Positions 57,421 to 64,000 of a stretch of DNA of 64,000 nt are shown here, in pieces. The position numbers and the translations under genes were made by a program. The DNA comes from Verrucomicrobiota bacterium (GTDB lineage: Bacteria; Verrucomicrobiota; Verrucomicrobiia; Limisphaerales; JADLHS01). How positions within the stretch are numbered: the first letter of the stretch is position 1; every line of letters begins with the position of its first letter. Under the pieces are notes generated by a model. That model did no database searches and was not told the origin of the DNA. It saw only the letters and a list, made by a program, of their open reading frames with translations. The stretch lies in the NCBI GenBank assembly GCA_039806955.1, contig JBDHQI010000003.1:29856-93855 (forward strand), read 5' to 3'.

Positions 57421-58330
57421 GAGCGGTAATTGGATGCAACCCGGTCTGGTCGCGGAGACGCAAGCCGGTCCCCGCAACAATTTTGCCGATGCAGCTTAGT
57501 TTTAATTCGGGAAATCGCGCCTTCCATGCATCCAACAACGGAACGGCATCCCGGCTCGCGACGGTGAACAGCAATTCAAAATCCTCGCCATCAGTGAGCG
57601 CCGCCACCAAAGCGGGTTTGGCGGCATCGCCACGACGAGCCATTGCCCGCGCGGCCCCGCTGATGGGCACGGCGGATTTGAGCAGCTCCGCGCCCACCTC
57701 GCTGGCGCGCAAAATGTGCGGTAAATCTCCCGCCAATCCGTCGCTCAAATCCATCATGGCGTGAATGGGATAATGTTCCGCCAGCCAGCGCGCCTCGACG
57801 AGTCGCGGCGTAAAGTCCAGATGCTTGCCGTTGATGCTGCCACCCAATTCGCCCGTGACCAAAATCGCATCGCCAACCTGCGCCCCCGAGCGCCGGATGG
57901 CTTTACCGGCGGCGACCCGGCCGAGCAACGCCACGGAAATCAGCAGCCGTTCGGGATTGGTGGTGGTTTCACCACCGACGATGGCGACGTCGTATTGGCG
58001 GGCGAGTTGATTCAATCCTGCGTAAATTTCGCTGACGAACTCAGGCGAGAATTGTTGGGGCAATCCCAACGTGATAATGGCGGCGAACGGGGTGCCGGCC
58101 ATCGCGGCCATATCGCTCAAACCACGCGCCAGCGCTTTACGCCCGATTTTTTGCGGCGGCGTGTCGTGCTTGAAATGAATGCCCTCCACCACTGCATCCG
58201 TCTTGAACAGTAACTGCTGTCCCGGAGCGCCGCCGTCCAACACCGCACAGTCGTCGCCGGCGCCGAGAACCACCGAGCCATTCGTCGGCAAGTCGCGGGT
58301 TAGTTGCGCGATCAATTCAAACTCATTCAT
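57398..58330 (-). CDS. thiL: thiamine-monophosphate kinase
   Basis: MNEFELIAQL..GAGDDCAVL.., AIITLGLP and IVGGETT. 310 aa. Confidence 0.9.
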   Translation of the reverse strand: MNEFELIAQLTRDLPTNGSVVLGAGDDCAVLDGGAPGQQLLFKTDAVVEGIHFKHDTPPQKIGRKALARGLSDMAAMAGTPFAAIITLGLPQQFSPEFVSEIYAGLNQLARQYDVAIVGGETTTNPERLLISVALLGRVAAGKAIRRSGAQVGDAILVTGELGGSINGKHLDFTPRLVEARWLAEHYPIHAMMDLSDGLAGDLPHILRASEVGAELLKSAVPISGAARAMARRGDAAKPALVAALTDGEDFELLFTVASRDAVPLLDAWKARFPELKLSCIGKIVAGTGLRLRDQTGLHPITAHGYVHFS

Positions 58331-58343
58331 ACGGCGGCAACGA

Positions 58344-59060
58344 TCATGGGGTGCGTTCGCGCAAGACCAGAAATAAGGTGAAGTTCACCGCATTAAACAG
58401 AGTGTGCGCGAGGATAGGAGCGAGGAGGTTATCCGTCTTTTCATAGAGCCAGACGAAGAGCAACGCCAGCCCCACCAGCGGCAGCAAAGCCGCCAGATTC
58501 CAATGAATGGCGCCGAACAGAATCGCCGTGCTCCATAAGGCCAGTCGCGGGAATCCCAGGTTTTTGATCCAAGGATACAACACGCCGCGGAAGACGATTT
58601 CCTCCGCCAGCGGCGCGAGAACTACGACGATGAATCCCAGCAGCAACAGGGCGGGCAGCGTGTTGGCGCTTTGCAGAATGAGTAAAGCGCTCTGCTCCTG
58701 ATCCGACCAGCCCACTGATTTCAACAGCAGCGCAATTCCGCCCCGCAGCAGCGCGCCGACGGGAAGAAACAAGGCAATGGTCACCAGAGGCAGCCAAAGC
58801 ACTGGCGCGCCATGGTTGCCCCAGCCAAACCCGGCGCGCCAGCCCGTCTGGTGCTGACGCAGAAACCGGCCGGCGCAGATCAAAGTGCCCAACTGATAGC
58901 ACAGCACACCGATCGCAACGCGCGGGACGGTCGGGACCGCGTCCTCGGGCAGCGGCCTGAAAAACAGGCGGGTGAGCACCATGCCGAGCAACAAAAAACT
59001 CAGCACGCCGAGCAGAAAAGCCACGACGGTTTCCGTTTTCCAATGACGATTGGACAACAC
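58344..59060 (-). CDS. CPBP family intramembrane glutamic endopeptidase
   Basis: Polytopic, with LAPLAEEIVFRGVLY, FGAIHWN and AHTLFNAVNF motifs. Confidence 0.8.
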   Translation of the reverse strand: MLSNRHWKTETVVAFLLGVLSFLLLGMVLTRLFFRPLPEDAVPTVPRVAIGVLCYQLGTLICAGRFLRQHQTGWRAGFGWGNHGAPVLWLPLVTIALFLPVGALLRGGIALLLKSVGWSDQEQSALLILQSANTLPALLLLGFIVVVLAPLAEEIVFRGVLYPWIKNLGFPRLALWSTAILFGAIHWNLAALLPLVGLALLFVWLYEKTDNLLAPILAHTLFNAVNFTLFLVLRERTP

Positions 59061-59235
59061 GGCGTCAGCTTAATGCAGCGGTTGCCGCCGGGCGAGAATT
59101 GGTTTCGCCTGCGGCCTTGGTCGGCAAGTTTAACCTGAAATCAATTGGTCAGCGGGACGAGGGTTACCCATTAGGGCCGACACCCGATGGCCATGTTGCG
59201 TTTGCGCTTTGGGTTCCTGAGAGTAGCTTTTCCTC

Positions 59236-59415
59236 ATGGAAGTCACTGAAACCATTCAATGCCCGTTTTGCGGACAACGCTTTGAGATCGTCGTGGACAC
59301 GAGCATGGGCGCGAACCGGTTCACGACGGATTGTGAAGTGTGCTGTCGCCCGATCGAAGTGGTGGCCGAGTGCGAACCGGGGGAAATTCTGAGCTTGGAC
59401 GTGCAGGCGGGCTGA
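59236..59415 (+). CDS. CPXCG-motif cysteine-rich small protein (59 aa), absent from ORF track
   Basis: My translation gives MEVTETIQCPFCGQRFEIVVDTSMGANRFTTDCEVCCRPIEVVAECEPGEILSLDVQAG, a zinc-ribbon-like CPFCG ... CEVCC. Confidence 0.6.
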   Translation: MEVTETIQCPFCGQRFEIVVDTSMGANRFTTDCEVCCRPIEVVAECEPGEILSLDVQAG

Positions 59416-59430
59416 GGCATTCTGCGCGCA

Positions 59431-59721
59431 ATGCAAAACACGGTCCTCTGGGTTTACATCGGCCTGCTGGTGCTCGGCGGCCTTCTCGGCTATTTCAAGG
59501 GCAAGAGCAAGGTTTCACTCCTCATGTCCGTGGGCTTTGCCGCGCCTCTGATTCTTTGCGCGCTGGGTGCCATCACCCAGCCGAAGGTTCCGGATGTTCT
59601 CATGACGGTGTTGTTGATCGTGTTTGCCATCCGCCTTGCCAAGACCAAAAAACTCATGCCGGCGGGCCTCATGCTGCTGGTGACAGTGGTTGCGCTGGCG
59701 TTGCGGAACATTCAATTTTGA
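59431..59721 (+). CDS. TMEM14-like small membrane protein
   Basis: 96 aa with four hydrophobic helices and GGLLGYFKGKS typical of TMEM14/UPF0136. Confidence 0.55.
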   Translation: MQNTVLWVYIGLLVLGGLLGYFKGKSKVSLLMSVGFAAPLILCALGAITQPKVPDVLMTVLLIVFAIRLAKTKKLMPAGLMLLVTVVALALRNIQF

Positions 59722-59866
59722 ACGGCTCCCCGGAAAATGTCAGCTTCCCTTTTGGCCTTCGCCAGCCACCAAGGAAAGCTGGGGAATTGATTTATCGAAG
59801 CTTCGTCTTGCACACACTGCCGTCGGATTTGTTCGTGAGGAATGACCGGCCTCGTGGTCTGTTGAA

Positions 59867-60697
59867 GTGGTGAACTGGAGTCCCTGGCTCGAATCGGCGG
59901 CGGTGGCCTTGCTGGCCGCGGGTGGTTTCCTGTTGGGCCATTGGTTTTCCCGGTTGCCCCGGCATTATTGGCTGCTTGGCTACTTCCTGCCATTGTTCCT
60001 CGTCCTTGTTTATGGTGCCGCCATGCGGTTTCCCCAGCTCTCATTTGTTCCGCCGGTCTCGTGGATGATGATGGGCCGCAACAAATTTGCCACCATCGGC
60101 TTCATTGCGGCCATGGTGTTGACCGCACCACTTTCCCGGCTGCCGCAACGGCGCAGTCGTATTGCCGTCGTTGTCTTGATGGTGGTGGTCGTTTGTGTCA
60201 TGTCGGTGTGGCCATTTCTCGCACCGGCCTTCAACCGGAAACATCTGGCTGGGTTGAAGACCCGTTTTGATGCCGATGGCATTTGCCTGCAAAGCAACGA
60301 CTACAACTGTGGGCCCGCTGCTGCCGTCACCGCCTTGCGCAAACTGGGTTTGCCCGCCGAGGAAGGAGAGATTGCTCTGCTTGCGCACACCAGTTCAGCG
60401 ATTGGCACGCCGCCCGATATGCTCGCCCGCGCGCTTCGAGACCGTTATGAGAAGGAAGGTTTGGTGAGCCAATACCGGGTCTTCAACCGGGTGGATGAAC
60501 TCAAGCACGATGGGCTGACTCTGGTCGTCATCAAGTACCGTTTCTGGGTGGATCATTATGTAACCGTGCTGGAAGTCACCGATGAGCAGATCGTGGTGGG
60601 CGACCCGTCGCGGGGACGAGGCACATTCACGCACCAGGAGTTCCGTGACAAGTGGCGCTTCGAGGGAGTGGTGCTCAGGCGTCCACAGCGTTCCTGA
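59867..60697 (+). CDS. membrane-anchored C39-like cysteine peptidase domain protein
   Basis: About 4 N-terminal TMs, then LQSNDYNCGPAAAVTALRKLG (catalytic-Cys context of C39 peptidases) and ..VDHYVTVL.. (His). There is no ABC-transporter domain. Confidence 0.65.
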   Translation: MVNWSPWLESAAVALLAAGGFLLGHWFSRLPRHYWLLGYFLPLFLVLVYGAAMRFPQLSFVPPVSWMMMGRNKFATIGFIAAMVLTAPLSRLPQRRSRIAVVVLMVVVVCVMSVWPFLAPAFNRKHLAGLKTRFDADGICLQSNDYNCGPAAAVTALRKLGLPAEEGEIALLAHTSSAIGTPPDMLARALRDRYEKEGLVSQYRVFNRVDELKHDGLTLVVIKYRFWVDHYVTVLEVTDEQIVVGDPSRGRGTFTHQEFRDKWRFEGVVLRRPQRS

Positions 60698-60836
60698 TGG
60701 AACGAAGAAGTAGCGGCGACGCCCCGTAGCCACAGTCCGGGAGTTCGAAGCACCAAGCGGTCGAAATGCGACAAGGCGGCGCTGCCACCATGTGGAAATT
60801 CGTTTTCATCTGTTCGCCATTCGCTATCTTCCGCGC

Positions 60837-62564
60837 ATGAGTTTATTGCCTTTTGGTGCGTTGCCGGCCTACAAACCCCGCCGCTTTGTGCCGGCGCAAC
60901 TGGATTTTGGTGACTGGTCAAAAATCGCGTCACTGTTCGATCAACTGGAAGCCCGCGTTGACCAATGCCGGACGGTCGCCGAACTGGAGCAATGGCTCTT
61001 GGATTGGGGTGAAATGAGCGCCGCGTTGGACGAGGAATCTTCACGTCGCCACATCGCCATGACCTGTCACACAGACAATGCCGAGGCGGAGAAAGCTTTT
61101 CTGTATTTTGTCGAGCACATCGAACCGCAACTCAAGCCGCGTCAGTTCCAGTTGGAGAAGCGGTTCATCGCCCACCCGCAGCGGGCAAAGTTGCCCTCAC
61201 CGCGTTATGACGTGTTCATCCGCGATGTCCAGAACCACCTCGAGTTGTTTCGCAAGGAGAACGTGGCGTTGGAAACGGAGGAAGCCAAGGTCGGCCAGCA
61301 ATACCAGAAAATCAGTGGCTCGCTCACCGTGCAATTTCGTGGTGAGGAGAAAACGCTTACTCAGATGGGCAAGTTTCTCGAAGAACCGGATCGCCCGTTG
61401 CGGCGGGAGGTGTGGGAACTGGTGGGCAAGCGTCGTTTGCAGGAACGCGACCAGTTCGAGGAGCAGTTCGATCAACTGGTGAAACTGCGCGAACAGATGG
61501 CGGCCAACGCAGGCTTCCAGAATTATCGCGACTACGCCTTTCGGCTGAAAGGGCGCTTTGATTACACGCCTGAAGATTGTGTGAAGTTCCACGATGCCGT
61601 CGCCAGCGAAGTGATGCCGGTCTTACGTGAATTGCAGGCGCAACGACGCCGGCAGCTTGGTTTGGAAAAACTGCGCCCGTGGGATCTGGCTGTGGACCCG
61701 ATGAATCGTCCGGCGCTCAAGCCGTTTGAGAAGGTTGAGGGCATGGTGACACGTTCCCAGCGCATCTTCGACAAACTGGATGGTGAACTGGCCGGAGGTT
61801 TTCAGCAGATGCAGGATTTGAAACTGCTCGATCTGGCGAATCGCAAAGGCAAGGCGCCCGGTGGCTATCAATCCACACTCAACGAGGCGCGCTTGCCGTT
61901 CATTTTCATGAACGCGGTCGGTCAGCAGCGTGACGTGGAGACAATTTTGCACGAAGCCGGGCACGCCTTTCACGCGCTCGCCACGCGCGACGAGGATTTG
62001 CTCGCCTATCGCAGCGCGCCGATCGAGTTTTGCGAGGTCGCCTCGATGAGCATGGAATTGCTCGGCAATGAGTTTATCGAGGAATTTTATTCGCCCACCG
62101 ACGGCAACCGTGCCCGGCGCGCGCACCTGGAAGGCATCATTGGCGTGCTGGCGTGGATTGCGACGGTGGACGCGTTTCAGCACTGGATTTACACGCACCC
62201 AGGGCACAGCCGCGCCGAACGCGCCGCTGCCTGGCAAGCCCGGATGGATCGCTTTGCCGGGGACGTGGACTGGAGCGGTTACGAGGAAGCCCGCGCACAT
62301 GCGTGGCATCGGCAACTGCACATCTTTCTGTATCCGTTTTACTACATCGAATACGGCATTGCCCAATTGGGCGCGTTGCAGGTGTGGGCCAATTCCCGAC
62401 GGGATAAAGCGAAGGCGCTGCGGGACTACAAAGCGGCGCTCGCCCTGGGTGGTTCGAAGTCCCTGCCGGAATTGTTCGCCACAGCGGGTTGCAAATTTCA
62501 GTTTGACGCGGCCACCATCAAACCGTTGGTGGAACTGGCCCGATCGGAACTAAAGAAGCTTTAA
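60837..62564 (+). CDS. M3B family oligoendopeptidase (PepF-like)
   Basis: Start moved to ATG 60837. Zinc motif ILHEAGHAFH with a downstream E (EVASMSMELL). About 575 aa. Confidence 0.9.
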   Translation: MSLLPFGALPAYKPRRFVPAQLDFGDWSKIASLFDQLEARVDQCRTVAELEQWLLDWGEMSAALDEESSRRHIAMTCHTDNAEAEKAFLYFVEHIEPQLKPRQFQLEKRFIAHPQRAKLPSPRYDVFIRDVQNHLELFRKENVALETEEAKVGQQYQKISGSLTVQFRGEEKTLTQMGKFLEEPDRPLRREVWELVGKRRLQERDQFEEQFDQLVKLREQMAANAGFQNYRDYAFRLKGRFDYTPEDCVKFHDAVASEVMPVLRELQAQRRRQLGLEKLRPWDLAVDPMNRPALKPFEKVEGMVTRSQRIFDKLDGELAGGFQQMQDLKLLDLANRKGKAPGGYQSTLNEARLPFIFMNAVGQQRDVETILHEAGHAFHALATRDEDLLAYRSAPIEFCEVASMSMELLGNEFIEEFYSPTDGNRARRAHLEGIIGVLAWIATVDAFQHWIYTHPGHSRAERAAAWQARMDRFAGDVDWSGYEEARAHAWHRQLHIFLYPFYYIEYGIAQLGALQVWANSRRDKAKALRDYKAALALGGSKSLPELFATAGCKFQFDAATIKPLVELARSELKKL

Positions 62565-62849
62565 CCAGAAACATTCCGCGATTGCGTGGAAGCACCCTGC
62601 CGCTTATCTGCTGGCTGCAGGTTCTGCCGGGAAGAGATTCTGGCGCGGGGCGGAGCGCGCGGGGTGCATTACAGCGTAGGCCTGTCAAAAAATCCCGGGT
62701 TGATTGAGCGATTGCAACCGACGCCGGCCGACGCGCGGGCGCGGCGGGGTCTGACCGGAGCGGCCGGTGTGCGGGTGTTCACTGAGTTTGCCCATCTGCT
62801 GCTGGAACGGGTACGGGCTTGGACTGCAGTTTTCACACTCGCATCGTAG

Positions 62850-62965
62850 CGCAGACTTCCCGTGTGCCGTCTCGCAGGTTTCCAAACCCGCGAACGCCTC
62901 GGACCATCGGACCGTCTGCCGATTTGGAAACCGGCGACACGGCAGGTTGGGAAACCTGCGCTCCA
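62850..62965. repeat. structured intergenic REP/MITE-like element
   Basis: CGCAGGTTTCCAAACC (62873-88) is inverted against GGTTGGGAAACCTGCG (62945-60), with 1 mismatch. GGTTTCCAAA (62877-86) is also inverted against TTTGGAAACC (62923-32). Translations give ..FGNRRHGRLGNLRS.. and ..ETGDTAGWETCA.., which I recall from dispersed PVC repeats. Confidence 0.45.
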
Positions 62966-63009
62966 CGGATTGTGTCCGGCGTCACCCGGCTGCCTGCAAA
63001 ATATCCGGG

Positions 63010-63702
63010 CTAATTGGTTTTCGGCTGGGCTGGGCCATCCTTGTCTGCTTCCAACAGGAACAAATCGTCCTTATCGGTGAGGGAGCAGAGTCGCAGCCCG
63101 GCCGCACTGGTGAGACCAAGCCATTGGTCTGGCGAGGGCATGAGGTCGCGGCAGACGGGATGACTGAGCTTGGAGTGGAACTGATCCAGATGGGCGCTGC
63201 CAGCAAGGTGCAAGATTAACAAGCGACCACCCGATTTGAGCAACCGCCCGATGTTCTGGAGGGCTCGCGGTTTGTCACGGAAATGCGGAAACGCATTGAA
63301 ACAGAAAACCACATCGAATCGCTCGGCCCCGGGCGGGTCCTGGCAAATATCCAACAACCAGAACTCGGCCGCGGTCTTGCGGGCCTGAGCCTGGGCCAGC
63401 ATGTCGGGAGAAAAGTCCGCCGCCACCACGCGTCCGGGGTGAACGCAATCCACCAGCCAGTTCGTGAGGCGACCGGTGCCACAGCCCAATTCCAGCAGGT
63501 CTTGCCCGGGGCGGAGCGCCAGCCGTTCGCGCAACGCATTGAGCCGTTCCAAAGTTCGCGTCACCTCCTGGTTGTTCTGATCCCAGGTGGGCGCATGATG
63601 GTTGAAGAAGGCCACGCGCGGATCGGAAGCCGGATGCGCTCCAGGGGGGTGATGCACACGAAATTGCGGTTGCGTAACACTGGATTTGTCAGTAAGACTC
63701 AT
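63010..63702 (-). CDS. class I SAM-dependent methyltransferase
   Basis: Motif I is DLLELGCGTGRLT. Post-I is VVAADFS. It is 230 aa. Confidence 0.85.
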   Translation of the reverse strand: MSLTDKSSVTQPQFRVHHPPGAHPASDPRVAFFNHHAPTWDQNNQEVTRTLERLNALRERLALRPGQDLLELGCGTGRLTNWLVDCVHPGRVVAADFSPDMLAQAQARKTAAEFWLLDICQDPPGAERFDVVFCFNAFPHFRDKPRALQNIGRLLKSGGRLLILHLAGSAHLDQFHSKLSHPVCRDLMPSPDQWLGLTSAAGLRLCSLTDKDDLFLLEADKDGPAQPKTN

Positions 63703-63706
63703 TCCT

Positions 63707-64000
63707 GTGAGCGTAACCCTCGATACAAATGCCGGTCAAGCGCAGCCCGCGCGGCGCTTTTCTGAAACCGTTTCCCACTCGCTGCTGAGAGCTTTTTGCA
63801 GTTTGCTTCTGGCCGCTGGCGTCAGCCACGCGGAGACGCACTGGAATCTGCAAGCCGTCAATGCCAACGGGGTGGCCACCTGGAGCGGACCCTTTCCCGG
63901 CACCGTGGTCGGAGTGCTGTTGACGGATCCGGAAGAGATGCTCGATGCAACCCCGAATTTTCTGCCGTGGGATGGCGGCGCCAACCAGTTCAACCTGGGG
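63707..64000 (+). CDS. secreted protein, 5' part only (runs off window)
   Basis: The GTG at 63707 opens a frame to the window end: ..RRFSETVSHSLLRAFCSLLLAAGVSHA/ETHWNLQAVNANGVATWSGPFPGTVVGVLLTDPEEML.. It has a signal-peptide-like segment. The start is uncertain. Confidence 0.35.
   Translation, partial: MSVTLDTNAGQAQPARRFSETVSHSLLRAFCSLLLAAGVSHAETHWNLQAVNANGVATWSGPFPGTVVGVLLTDPEEMLDATPNFLPWDGGANQFNLG

Noticed and set aside
1-64000. CRISPR arrays, rRNA genes, intact transposases/IS elements
   Set aside because: I saw no regularly spaced direct repeats, rRNA-like segments or transposase ORFs on either strand.

Overview
High-GC window whose protein families look PVC/Verrucomicrobiota-like (inference only). 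It has three parts.

(1) nt 1-33 kb is an almost entirely minus-strand heavy-metal island. It holds two HME-RND efflux operons (one runs off the left edge), 8 copies of the CPM-x..-PG-x-CP-x-C-(G/A/E)-M heavy-metal-binding module, a merR-merTP-CopZ-NTD-like unit without merA, a PAS-kinase/NarL pair, four ECF sigma factors including a cnrYXH-like module with a second sigma-less Y-X pair, and several uncharacterised secreted families. Those families are APLK-tailed ASPK/R-repeat proteins, an 8-Cys periplasmic family, stand-alone CBM48-like proteins and 19-residue His-tailed mini-lipoproteins.

Six sites (plus one weak) of a GAGGGATT-N13-CGTAWT promoter-like motif sit in front of these units and tie them into one predicted ECF regulon. 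This is my main candidate for an undescribed system.

(2) 33-44 kb is decayed mobile/defence DNA. It holds a secreted aspartic protease, a C-terminally truncated SF2 helicase fused to copper-locus fragments and an integrase stub, a degenerate tRNA-like sequence, radC, a 5'-truncated relaxase-helicase, an orphan AbiEi-like regulator and a Fic protein.

(3) 44.4-49.7 kb holds two tandem ECF sigma / anti-sigma / large membrane protein triplets, followed by tRNA-Asn (50058-50132) and ordinary core genes (gnd, thiL, tsaB, tsaE, pepF-like and others).

No rRNA or CRISPR array was seen. Many long ORFs in the track are antisense shadow ORFs.
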